A stretch of 64,000 nucleotides of DNA, taken from IMG/VR virus record IMGVR_UViG_3300010885_038586; one strand, written 5' to 3'. The notes beneath the pieces were generated by a model. It was given only the letters and a program-made list of their open reading frames with translations, had not been told where the DNA came from and did no database searches. Shown here piece after piece: positions 56,155 through 64,000 of the stretch. Within the stretch, counting starts at the first letter, position 1. Each line of letters begins with the position of its first letter. The stretch comes from an uncultured virus (IMG/VR IMGVR_UViG_3300010885_038586). Lineage: Duplodnaviria > Heunggongvirae > Uroviricota > Caudoviricetes. A program made the translations under genes and the position numbers.

Positions 56155-56517
56155 TTACTTGCGCTGACTCGGCGGGCGTGGGTCTGAGTACTCAGGGGGC
56201 AGCGCGGCAGAGAACTGGTCGGGCATGCCCTGCGGGTCAGTCTCCAGTAGGTGCTTGCCGGTGGGAGCACACATGGCTGCCAAGGTGTTGAGCACTTGCT
56301 GGTGCCCCCGCTTCGTGCAGAACTCCCGTGCTACCACAGAGTCGGGGTGCAGGCCGGGGATAGGTTCAGGCGTGTGGAACTGTGTGACATTCTGAGCGAT
56401 GGCGGCGAGCGCGGCGGCGATGCCAGGCTGCTTCAACTCTTCTGTCAGTGCTTCACGGAGGACGTGGGAACTGCGGAACTTGTCAATTTCTGGTCCTCGG
56501 AGGATGGCGGCGTTCAT
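56155..56517 (-). CDS. Hypothetical protein (portal-adjacent)
   Basis: ATGA-coupled to the portal gene. Confidence 0.7.
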   Translation of the reverse strand: MNAAILRGPEIDKFRSSHVLREALTEELKQPGIAAALAAIAQNVTQFHTPEPIPGLHPDSVVAREFCTKRGHQQVLNTLAAMCAPTGKHLLETDPQGMPDQFSAALPPEYSDPRPPSQRK

Positions 56518-58814
56518 GCTATCGGTGTGGGTGTTTGCTTAACTTGCTGCTGGGCCGCAGCGTGCTGGAGCTTCTGTGCGGCGAGGGCGTCATTGATGAG
56601 CAGTTTCTGATCTGCTGCTTTCTTCTGGATCTCCATCTTGGTGGCGTGCTCCTCGGCCTGCATGGCCAGGCGCGCACGGGCGTCCACGGCTTGACCAAAC
56701 ACGCCGGGCGGCGTCTCGCTGGTGTCGGGCGCAGGTTGCCCCTTGGCGGCGGCTTCTTGCTCTTTGCGCTGATCGGCCTCCAAGTGCTTGGCACCGTTGG
56801 TGATGACTTCGTTGAGTTGCTGCAACGCCTGCTTAGCCATGCGGTATGGCTCGTTTTCCACGTCGATGAACTTCATGTGCTCCTCGCAATGAGCCGAGGC
56901 TTTTTGCATCACCGGGATGGCATCTTTCAATTCCATCTGCACCTGCGCGAGAGCGTCGTCGTAGGCTTGCAGCAGTTCAAGGTGGGTGGTGACGTGGACG
57001 ATGTGGTTCTGGTTGGCCACCACCACGGCGTCTCCACCGAGCTTGAGGATTTGGTTCTCGTCGTTGGCGATCTGCTTGTCGATTGGCGGACGCTGACCTG
57101 CTTGGCGTGGCACCAGTGTCAGAGCGTAGCGGTAGTCCGTCTGCGCGGCGATGGTGTCGCGGGTGAGGATGTTCTGCCCCTCGGGATCAAGACGACCATA
57201 GATCATCTCGTTGAGGTTGTTGAGCACTGTCCGGCGCTCGGCGGATGACCCGCGACCGATGCCCGTGTTGGTGCTGATGTTGTCGTAGTCGAGTTGCTGG
57301 AGTAGCTCGAACGGGATGCCCAGTTCTTCGCAACGGTGACGGAACCCAAAGGCTTCGGCACCGCCCGGCATCTCCTCGGTCAGGTTGGGGTTGATGACGC
57401 GCTTAACGATCTCGCGGTAGTCCCAGGCCCATGCCTCAATGAACATGTCCATTGAGTCGCTGGTGAGGGAGGAGTCCATCTCATCCTTGCGCTGAAGCTC
57501 ATACTTCGTCTTTTGCCCCTGCTCGGCTTGCGAGGTGGAACGCGGAGCCATGCCGGAGGACTGCGCACGGAACACCTCGGACATTGTCTGAATGGCCGGG
57601 ACCAAACTGCCTGCGACTGCCGGGGTGGCGCGCTCCACGAAGTTGACGCCGGTGGTCAGTTGGAAGTAAGGACCACGCGGGACGATCATGTTGTCGATGG
57701 TGGCGTCCTCGTTGTCGGTGGCGAGGAAGGTGTTAGCTTCGTCGTTGGCCTTGTCGATGAACTTGCAGCGCAGCTTGTTCAGCGCAGAGGCCGAAGGGAA
57801 CAGGTTGAAGGCGTTGCCGCGAATGCTGTGAATGTCGCCATTGGTGCCGACGCCAAAGAGGTAGGCGTTGATGAACTCCGACATGTTGGCGTACTTGCCT
57901 TTCTTCTCGTAGAGGAACTCGGCGTCGTCGGCGTTGAGCAGGTAGTCCGCGATGTAGTGGCTGACGGTGCCATCCATCTCTTTGACGAATCCGTGGACCA
58001 CTTGCACCACGACGTTGGTGTTGCCACTGAACACCGAGTTGTCTTTCCACATCGCCTCCATCTCCTCGGGCGACTGAGTATTGAGCGGCTTGGGTTGCGC
58101 GTTAGTACAGGAACGGCGGATCGCTGCTTCATTCCACCCAGCCAACTTGCCCATCTCAGGGTCTTGGATTTTGCGGAACAGGTCAGACGGCGGCATGTCC
58201 GCCTTGAGGAAAATGCGATCCACCTCGTTGACGCTGGCCTGCGTGCCGCGAGGGATCTTCACGTCTTGCAGCGAAGACACTCTCCAGCGCCAGTCGAGTT
58301 CGTCGTCGCGGTAGGTGAAGGCCACGCCCCACATGGTGAAGAAGTGAGCTGCCATCTTCCAGCGGAAACGGAAGTCGCGCCAGCGGGTGATCATGCGGTG
58401 CAGTTCTTCTGCGACCACGATTTCTTTCTCCTCCAACTCCGCGTCAGTGAGCAGCCCGGCTTTGCGCACGCTGTTCTTGAACGGCACGATGCCGAAGTGC
58501 GCCATCGAGTTGAGGATCGAGTTGTAAGGCTTTTCGGCCTCCTGTTGGGCGATGCCGAGGTCGCCCCAGTTGACGTTGGTAATGCCGGTGATGCCGAGCG
58601 CCCGCAAGGCGGAGTCGCTGTACGGCGGCTGTCGGTCAGCCATGGACTGCACCACTGCGCGGTCGCGGCTGGCAATGTAGTCCTCGTTAAAGAGGGTCTG
58701 CCATTGGCTCACCACGTCGGCTGCGCGTTTGATGCGGGTGGACGCGGTTACGTCCGGCACCGAGGCAGGCATCTTCTCAGTGGGGAGTTTGGCAAGGAGC
58801 GTGAGACTGGACAT
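56514..58814 (-). CDS. Portal protein
   Basis: 766 aa, first gene of the head operon, Gln/Ala-rich C-terminal coiled coil as in P22-like portals. Confidence 0.75.
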   Translation of the reverse strand: MSSLTLLAKLPTEKMPASVPDVTASTRIKRAADVVSQWQTLFNEDYIASRDRAVVQSMADRQPPYSDSALRALGITGITNVNWGDLGIAQQEAEKPYNSILNSMAHFGIVPFKNSVRKAGLLTDAELEEKEIVVAEELHRMITRWRDFRFRWKMAAHFFTMWGVAFTYRDDELDWRWRVSSLQDVKIPRGTQASVNEVDRIFLKADMPPSDLFRKIQDPEMGKLAGWNEAAIRRSCTNAQPKPLNTQSPEEMEAMWKDNSVFSGNTNVVVQVVHGFVKEMDGTVSHYIADYLLNADDAEFLYEKKGKYANMSEFINAYLFGVGTNGDIHSIRGNAFNLFPSASALNKLRCKFIDKANDEANTFLATDNEDATIDNMIVPRGPYFQLTTGVNFVERATPAVAGSLVPAIQTMSEVFRAQSSGMAPRSTSQAEQGQKTKYELQRKDEMDSSLTSDSMDMFIEAWAWDYREIVKRVINPNLTEEMPGGAEAFGFRHRCEELGIPFELLQQLDYDNISTNTGIGRGSSAERRTVLNNLNEMIYGRLDPEGQNILTRDTIAAQTDYRYALTLVPRQAGQRPPIDKQIANDENQILKLGGDAVVVANQNHIVHVTTHLELLQAYDDALAQVQMELKDAIPVMQKASAHCEEHMKFIDVENEPYRMAKQALQQLNEVITNGAKHLEADQRKEQEAAAKGQPAPDTSETPPGVFGQAVDARARLAMQAEEHATKMEIQKKAADQKLLINDALAAQKLQHAAAQQQVKQTPTPIA

Positions 58815-58860
58815 ATTGCCGGAGACAAAAGCCTACATTGCCCATCAGCGCAATAGACTA

Positions 58861-58896
58861 TTGACCCATGATGGCATGCAGTTTATAACAGGTCAA
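58861..58896. promoter_or_regulatory. Overlapping divergent promoters
   Basis: + strand TTGACC-17-TATAAC; - strand TTGACC-17-CATCAT. Confidence 0.6.
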
Positions 58897-59264
58897 TGGT
58901 AAAATTTAACGATGCCTCCCCTCAATACCGGAACCAGATCATCAAAAAGGGTCTGGGCGTCTGTCCTACGTGCGGCGGTAAACCTTCGCCCCGTTCGCCG
59001 AAGCGTGGTTACTGCGAAAAGCACATTGAAGCGCGTGCCGCCTGGAAACGACGCAACCTTGGGTGCAAACGTAGGTTCACGCCCAAGGCTGTGTGGTTGT
59101 CGCTGGATTGGACGCTCGGCCCAAAGCTGGTGGCTGCGATGCTGGCTGTCAGCGTGCAGACGGTGAAGAAGAAATACAAGGGACTGGCCGCGACCGGCAA
59201 GATCAGACCGGTGCCAGGGTTTCTGCCGGGGCGGAAGAAGCGGCGTCAGCCCCAGAAGTCTTGA
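58896..59264 (+). CDS. Zn-finger + HTH putative regulator
   Basis: CPTCG...YCEKH; LDW...VAAMLAVSVQTV. Confidence 0.7.
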   Translation: MVKFNDASPQYRNQIIKKGLGVCPTCGGKPSPRSPKRGYCEKHIEARAAWKRRNLGCKRRFTPKAVWLSLDWTLGPKLVAAMLAVSVQTVKKKYKGLAATGKIRPVPGFLPGRKKRRQPQKS

Positions 59265-59695
59265 TCGTCGAACGGGGGTGGGGTGAAGACCACGACCGCA
59301 TTCGGGAAAGGGGCCGAGTTTGAATGTCCTCCAAATTTTAGCCTCCCCCGCAAGAAAGTAATTTGACCCTTCATCGCATAGTCATGCCACCACGCGGTGT
59401 CGGTACGAGCCGGGACCAAACACACTACCAGTGCTCCTTGCTGACTCTCTTCGTACGCTTTGCGCATCCACGCGGCGATGGTGCGCCCATAAGGAGGGTT
59501 CATCCAACACTTCCCCCCCCATGGCTGCTTCAGCCCATCATGCTCTTGGTCAAAGTACCTGGACACTTTGGCATTCTCGAAAGAAGCGCACACGTCCAAA
59601 TCGAAAGGACCATACTGCTCTGACATCTTGCGGAAAAAGTCTTGTGGCGTCGGCCAGTCGTCAGAAGCACTGGAGAAGTGGACTGCCGTTTTTAT
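59246..59695 (-). CDS. Phage DNA N6-adenine methyltransferase (Dam-like) ending in DFWG
   Basis: WPTP, FDLDVCA, WMNPPY, LVPARTDTAWW, RLKF, APFP; start probably ATA at 59695. Confidence 0.9.
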   Translation of the reverse strand: MKTAVHFSSASDDWPTPQDFFRKMSEQYGPFDLDVCASFENAKVSRYFDQEHDGLKQPWGGKCWMNPPYGRTIAAWMRKAYEESQQGALVVCLVPARTDTAWWHDYAMKGQITFLRGRLKFGGHSNSAPFPNAVVVFTPPPFDDQDFWG

Positions 59696-59994
59696 GGTGC
59701 CACCTCCGTCGAGAAGTTCCCTGCCGCGCCCATCCGGCTGAACCGCTGGACGATGTTCCAGTCCAGGTCGGCGAACGCCACCTCGTTGTCGTCGATGAAG
59801 TCCCACGCGGTGGTGTAGTTGCGCTGGGTGGGATTCTTGCAGAAGCGCAGCATCCGCCGCTGGGCTTCGATGCGCACACGCTGTTCGTGCGTCGTGGTGA
59901 CGGACAGATAGACCTCCCACGATCCCCAGCAGAACAAGATCAGCAGGGCGGAGGTAATGAGCAGCCGGACGGTGGTGTAGTGGTCGAGGTTCAT
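59692..59994 (-). CDS. Hypothetical membrane protein
   Basis: N-terminal TM segment; ATGA-coupled start. Confidence 0.65.
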   Translation of the reverse strand: MNLDHYTTVRLLITSALLILFCWGSWEVYLSVTTTHEQRVRIEAQRRMLRFCKNPTQRNYTTAWDFIDDNEVAFADLDWNIVQRFSRMGAAGNFSTEVAP

Positions 59995-60275
59995 GGGAGT
60001 TTGATCAGGTCGCCGTGTGCATCGACAAAGGCAACTCGCGGAATTGCATTGGTGCAAAGAGAATGGACCCATGCGGCTCCTAGGGGAGTGGTTCGATAGA
60101 CTGGAGGTTCGCCGACGGCGCAGTACTCGTCCCACGTTTCGATGGCTCCCCACCCTTTCAGTTTCTCCGCTGATTCCCGCGCCACTTCGCTGTCGGGTTC
60201 GTATGGGGTGTTGGAGCAGTGGCAGTGAAGTAGGAAGCGGATGGCTGCGGGGCAGCCGAGGATGGGAGGGTTCAT
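59991..60275 (-). CDS. Hypothetical protein
   Basis: ATGA overlaps. Confidence 0.65.
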   Translation of the reverse strand: MNPPILGCPAAIRFLLHCHCSNTPYEPDSEVARESAEKLKGWGAIETWDEYCAVGEPPVYRTTPLGAAWVHSLCTNAIPRVAFVDAHGDLIKLP

Positions 60276-60607
60276 GGAAGTGGAGGTAGTGGGCAGTAAT
60301 GGGTGACGCGCTCAAGCACATCCTCGTGGACGGGCACCTGGCGACTGGTGATGATCACGAACGGGAATGCCACGTTGTCGCCGCCGACGAACAGCGCGAC
60401 GTACTCATGCTTGTCCCAGATGTGCTCGTCGTCGCCCTCGGTGGGTATCCAGCGGAACTCCGTCTTGCGCCGGATCAGTCTGAACGGGTTGAACTTCTGG
60501 GCGTAGTGCTTCCACCACGGGGTCAGGTCGGTGGAGTATCCATCCTCGATCAGTGAGGCCGGGGTGCCGCCGCAAGCGGGGCAGGAGGGTGAGGGTGGGA
60601 GGTTCAT
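60272..60607 (-). CDS. Hypothetical protein (DUF551-like C-terminus)
   Basis: WIP...VTHYCPLPPLP. Confidence 0.65.
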   Translation of the reverse strand: MNLPPSPSCPACGGTPASLIEDGYSTDLTPWWKHYAQKFNPFRLIRRKTEFRWIPTEGDDEHIWDKHEYVALFVGGDNVAFPFVIITSRQVPVHEDVLERVTHYCPLPPLP

Positions 60608-60798
60608 TGTTTGTGTTTCTTCAGTAGTTTGATTTCCACGCGCACCAGTCTATCGCCTGCTGCCGCACATTGCTCCCAAGGCACGCCTGCAAAGGCTTCG
60701 TGATGCATGATTGTTTCTCGCTTAGTGCGCCCGTTACTGGCCGAGTACACTCCTTCGGGATACACGGCCATCCATTGTTTTAGGGTAGTTAGTTTCAC
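60604..60798 (-). CDS. Hypothetical protein
   Basis: GTGA-coupled start. Confidence 0.55.
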   Translation of the reverse strand: MKLTTLKQWMAVYPEGVYSASNGRTKRETIMHHEAFAGVPWEQCAAAGDRLVRVEIKLLKKHKQ

Positions 60799-61277
60799 GC
60801 CGGTTGCAGTTGTTGGTTCAAAACTTCTTCCAGCTTCACCCGTGCGGCGACCATCTGACTGAGCCAGCCAGGCTTCTGCACTGCCGGGTGAATGCACTCG
60901 ATGGTGGGCGGCAGCGGGGTCTGTGGCTGCTTCTTGGCACGCTGCATGTCGCGCAGCGCCTCCTTGGCCGAGGTGCCGAACGTGATGATCGCGTCAGGGC
61001 GGAAGCGCCCGATCACACCTTTGACGTGCTCGACGTTATAGGGTGGTCGGCCTCCACTGTTGCCGGTGACAACGGTGGAGGCGTTCTCGAAGGTCCACTG
61101 GTGCTCTTTGAGCGACTCGCCGAACACCGTCAGAATGCGACGACCGGTGAGGCAACCGCTGGCGAACAGCAGCCGGGCGACCACCTCGTGCCGACGATCA
61201 CGGTTGCGGTCGAGTAGGTCGTGGACTCGTTGCGGGTCTTTAGCCCAGGTGTTTTGCAGGATGGCGAGGATTTTCAT
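60795..61277 (-). CDS. Uracil-DNA glycosylase superfamily-like protein
   Basis: TGRR, N, PDAIITFG..A, HPA motifs. Confidence 0.6.
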   Translation of the reverse strand: MKILAILQNTWAKDPQRVHDLLDRNRDRRHEVVARLLFASGCLTGRRILTVFGESLKEHQWTFENASTVVTGNSGGRPPYNVEHVKGVIGRFRPDAIITFGTSAKEALRDMQRAKKQPQTPLPPTIECIHPAVQKPGWLSQMVAARVKLEEVLNQQLQPA

Positions 61278-61356
61278 ACGTCGGTGCTGCTGAAGATGTC
61301 GATGGCCAGTGCCAGCGCAAAGACGACCACGAAGATAAAGATGGCGTGCTCAGCGG

Positions 61357-61569
61357 TCATGGGGTGACAAGGGTGAGACAGTCTTCGTGAAACGTGTCAC
61401 GGACAGGTTCGTACGATGCGGTGAACCACAAACACTGCACGTCTTTCTCCAAGCACTGCTCGACGGTCATGTGGGTTCTTGCGCCGTTTAGGCGCACCAC
61501 GTCGCCTCGTTTGAAGCGCGGCGGTTGGATCGTTTCGGGGAACATATCGGGTATGGCTTCGTTGCTCAT
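61357..61569 (-). CDS. YodC/DUF2158-like protein
   Basis: FKRGDVVRL....MTVE....V.CLWF...F....L. Confidence 0.8.
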   Translation of the reverse strand: MSNEAIPDMFPETIQPPRFKRGDVVRLNGARTHMTVEQCLEKDVQCLWFTASYEPVRDTFHEDCLTLVTP

Positions 61570-61655
61570 GGGGGTATCTGGTCTAGGGTTGTGTAAATGT
61601 CAACAGTTAATCTTTGCACTTGTGAAAAATTACTGAAGCGACTGGGCTGACTTCT

Positions 61656-61931
61656 TCACTTCTCTTTTTTCCTCTGACCATTGCGCTCGTCCCGCAGGCA
61701 CCCGCACGACCTGGACTTGCCCGAGGTCAGCGCCGTGGCGTGGATTGCAGGTTTCTCCACGCCGCAGTTGCAGCGGCAGTGCCACCGGCTATGGCGGTTT
61801 TTGCCGTGCGGCGGTTTCGGCTCAGTGGTCAGGCCAAGGACGACCCAGCGGTGGAAGCGTTGACCGGTGAGGTCTTTGAAGCAGGGGTGGCGTCCGCGTG
61901 GCGGGTCGGCTGGGGTGAGGAGGGAGGGCAT
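61656..61931 (-). CDS. Stand-alone N-terminal domain of an HNH/AP2-type endonuclease
   Basis: DLTGQRF.RWVVL...WHCRCNCG...LTSGKSRSCGC with no nuclease domain. Confidence 0.75.
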   Translation of the reverse strand: MPSLLTPADPPRGRHPCFKDLTGQRFHRWVVLGLTTEPKPPHGKNRHSRWHCRCNCGVEKPAIHATALTSGKSRSCGCLRDERNGQRKKEK

Positions 61932-61987
61932 AGCGTGAGGCGTGGGAGGATATTCCCGTGTTGTGTAAATGTCAACAGTTGATGTTG

Positions 61988-62593
61988 CTAGGACCAGAAG
62001 TTTTCAGGCTCTGCCGAATCTGGCCGCAGCGCCCGAGTCCACTGCTTCGCCATGGCAGCGGCGATGCCGGGGAAGGTACGAGACCTTTCCTTCCACCGGT
62101 AGGCGCTTGGCGGCAGTTTCCAGACTCTCTGCTCCCGACCTTCGACGATATTGCTCGGCACCAGTAATGGTAAGTTCTTCAGCCACAGGCACGTCGCCTT
62201 GGTCTCCCCGTGTCCATGCTGCCAAGGTTGAATCACTTGATCCGGTTTGCGAATCTTCGAGGAGATCACGCTGACGGGATTTTCCAACGCAATGTGCGGG
62301 ACTGGTGCGGATAGCAACAAGCGCACGAAGTCCAAAGCCTCTGCCTGTTCTGCCTCTTTATCCTTGAACCACCGTGCGCCAGACACCGCCAGATGAGTGC
62401 AGGGTGGATGCGCCACCATGATGTCCCAGCCATCGCCTAAGATGCTGCTCACGTCGCACTGAAGATGGTTGCCGGGCTTCTCGCTTGGCAGCAGATCGCA
62501 CGACCATGCCTCCCAGCCTAGCGCGGCAAAAGCGTCACGCACCGTGCCACTGTACTCGCAAGCGACTAAGACTTTTCCTAACGGTGGGGTCAC
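61988..62593 (-). CDS. Phage cytosine methyltransferase-like protein ending in NFWS
   Basis: VLVACEYSG, AHPPCT, ENPV, QPWQHG, RSRTFPGIA.AMA.QW. Confidence 0.88.
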   Translation of the reverse strand: MTPPLGKVLVACEYSGTVRDAFAALGWEAWSCDLLPSEKPGNHLQCDVSSILGDGWDIMVAHPPCTHLAVSGARWFKDKEAEQAEALDFVRLLLSAPVPHIALENPVSVISSKIRKPDQVIQPWQHGHGETKATCLWLKNLPLLVPSNIVEGREQRVWKLPPSAYRWKERSRTFPGIAAAMAKQWTRALRPDSAEPENFWS

Positions 62594-63090
62594 GCCTTGA
62601 CCCTCCACTCGCAGTTCTCTTTGTCCCAGCGGCGACCATCGCGTGACACCAGCTTGGCTTTCTCTGGTCGCGGCCCCATGTCCTTGAGGAACTGGTCGAA
62701 GTTGTTGAGCCAGTAGCGAGGCATCAGGTGACGCCGGGCATGCCACGACCGGTAGGTCGGGTTGGCGTGACCATGCTGCTGGTGCAGCGGCTTGCTGGAG
62801 AGTTGGGTCTTGAGGCAGCCGCACGAGCGCGAGCGCCCGGTGGTGAGGCTGGTGTAGCACACCGCAGGTTTCTCTTTGCCGCAGTCGCAGCGGCAGTGCC
62901 ACTTGCTCTGCCCTGGGCGCGTCTTGGGGCACTCGGCAAGGACAGACCACCTGCCGAACCGCTGGCCCGTCAGATCTTTAAAGGACGTGCGGGAGCGTAG
63001 TGGCTGCCCGGTGGTGGGGTAGCGGCGTGGTGCTGTTAAGTCGGTGTCGGGTGGGAGGTCCACGAGGGTCAGGCTTTGTGGATTTTTTAT
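62590..63090 (-). CDS. Degenerate HNH-family protein
   Basis: DLTGQRFGRW, CRCDCG, SCGC, F..DMG.RP, NC.W but no DRI.N.G.Y core. Confidence 0.75.
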   Translation of the reverse strand: MKNPQSLTLVDLPPDTDLTAPRRYPTTGQPLRSRTSFKDLTGQRFGRWSVLAECPKTRPGQSKWHCRCDCGKEKPAVCYTSLTTGRSRSCGCLKTQLSSKPLHQQHGHANPTYRSWHARRHLMPRYWLNNFDQFLKDMGPRPEKAKLVSRDGRRWDKENCEWRVKA

Positions 63091-63251
63091 GCTAAAAGCG
63101 TTCCAACTGCGATTGCAACCGCCGCGAAAAGGATGAATAAGCCACATCCTTGCGCCTCATTGTTGGTTGTGCAGTCGTGCCAAACTGAGCCAATGAAGAC
63201 GCCGAGACCGAACAGTCCGCCCGCCAGCAAGGCGATGTGAACCACGTTCAC
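63087..63251 (-). CDS. Small two-TM membrane protein
   Basis: Two hydrophobic segments; GGAGAGG upstream; start uncertain. Confidence 0.5.
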   Translation of the reverse strand: MNVVHIALLAGGLFGLGVFIGSVWHDCTTNNEAQGCGLFILFAAVAIAVGTLLA

Positions 63252-63347
63252 AACCTCTCCTTTCCAGCCCGTGCGGCTTTCGCCCCGATCTCTCCGAGTT
63301 CTTTGTTCGATTTCATGCGGCAGTGCTAATCCGACCAAGGGTGAATG

Positions 63348-63812
63348 TCAACGTCTGGTTTTCCGTGGAGTGAAAAATTTTACATCGACGAAGTGGCCGG
63401 GCAGTTCTGAGTCGTGGAGACGTTGGACGGCGGTGCCCCCAAACGGAAACAGGACACTTCCGAGGTTGTTGGAGGACGGACCGCCGATGAAGTTGATCTT
63501 CTGCCCGAGCACGAAGTAGCAACCGCAGTGCTGCGCCAACGGTCCAAACCATGGGGCGCTGCCGCGCTCGGGCAACAGAAGCAGACCATTGCCGTGCTGC
63601 TTCATCCGCTCGATCCAAAGTTCCTTCTGGCTGAACGGAGGGTTGCACCAGACGAAGCCCAGCCATGGGTCAGCCAGTCCATCATCCCAGTCTTCCAGCC
63701 GGTAGTTCGTCTTGGCGATTTCCGTGGCTTTCCCTGCGCAGGGATCAAGGTCAAAGGGTTGGAGTGGCTGATACACCCATGCCGGTGTCTGGAGGCAATC
63801 GTTGAGCTTCAT
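63348..63812 (-). CDS. Second Dam-like adenine methyltransferase
   Basis: TP, FDLDPCA, DGL..PW, VWCNPPFS. Confidence 0.88.
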   Translation of the reverse strand: MKLNDCLQTPAWVYQPLQPFDLDPCAGKATEIAKTNYRLEDWDDGLADPWLGFVWCNPPFSQKELWIERMKQHGNGLLLLPERGSAPWFGPLAQHCGCYFVLGQKINFIGGPSSNNLGSVLFPFGGTAVQRLHDSELPGHFVDVKFFTPRKTRR

Positions 63813-63876
63813 CGGTGGGTAGGTGTAGAACTTTAACAGTGGAGTGCAAATTGAATGTGAAAAATTTTACAGTCTC

Positions 63877-63999
63877 TCAGAACCATGTGCAGTTCTTCTG
63901 CGACAACTCCTGCCCATCCTCGGCAGCAATCAACTTCGCACCTTCTGGGCGTGGCCCCATATCTTTAAGGAACTGGCCGAAGTCTTTCCACGCTGGACA
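63877..63999 (-). CDS. C-terminal part of another degenerate HNH paralog (cut by window edge)
   Basis: CPAWKDFGQFLKDMGPRPEGAKL...KNCTWF*. Confidence 0.7.
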   Translation of the reverse strand, partial: CPAWKDFGQFLKDMGPRPEGAKLIAAEDGQELSQKNCTWF

Positions 64000-64000
64000 C

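Noticed and set aside
57513..58856. Long antisense ORFs (also 24765..25823, 29858..30868, 34598..35665, 41801..42853, 43164..44417)
   Set aside because: Shadows of GC-rich codon usage on the opposite strand; no motifs or expression signals.
59696..59920. N-terminal extension of the Dam-like ORF given in the track
   Set aside because: It overlaps the coupled membrane-protein gene 59692..59994 and has no MTase features.

Overview
The window looks like most of a tailed dsDNA phage genome, probably podovirus-like: it has a portal, scaffold, major capsid protein, adaptor and a 3374-aa ejection/polyvalent protein, and I see no tape-measure protein. The + strand (1.4-32 kb) carries an early region of small ORFs (pentapeptide repeat, DUF3560-like protein, methyltransferase, a hammerhead ribozyme), an APSE-type replication module (primase-helicase, DUF2800 Cas4-like nuclease, DUF2815 SSB, PolA, VRR-NUC, SNF2 helicase, HNH endonucleases), TerL and glycosyltransferases. 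The - strand (32-64 kb) carries morphogenesis genes, a collagen protein with a 2OG-Fe(II) oxygenase, a membrane PAS protein and several DNA methyltransferases. I found no integrase or endolysin. The strongest unexplained signal is an acidic-[D/E/A/N]-F-W-G/S peptide. It is the exact C-terminus of 8 unrelated, mostly DNA-acting proteins and is internal in 2 more, which suggests a phage-wide tagging or docking system. Other leads: a CCA-ended tRNA-like RNA array, a nested small gene and an antisense promoter-terminator unit inside the giant gene, shared short modules among virion proteins, and possible AUA starts. All family assignments are by eye from motifs; no searches were run.
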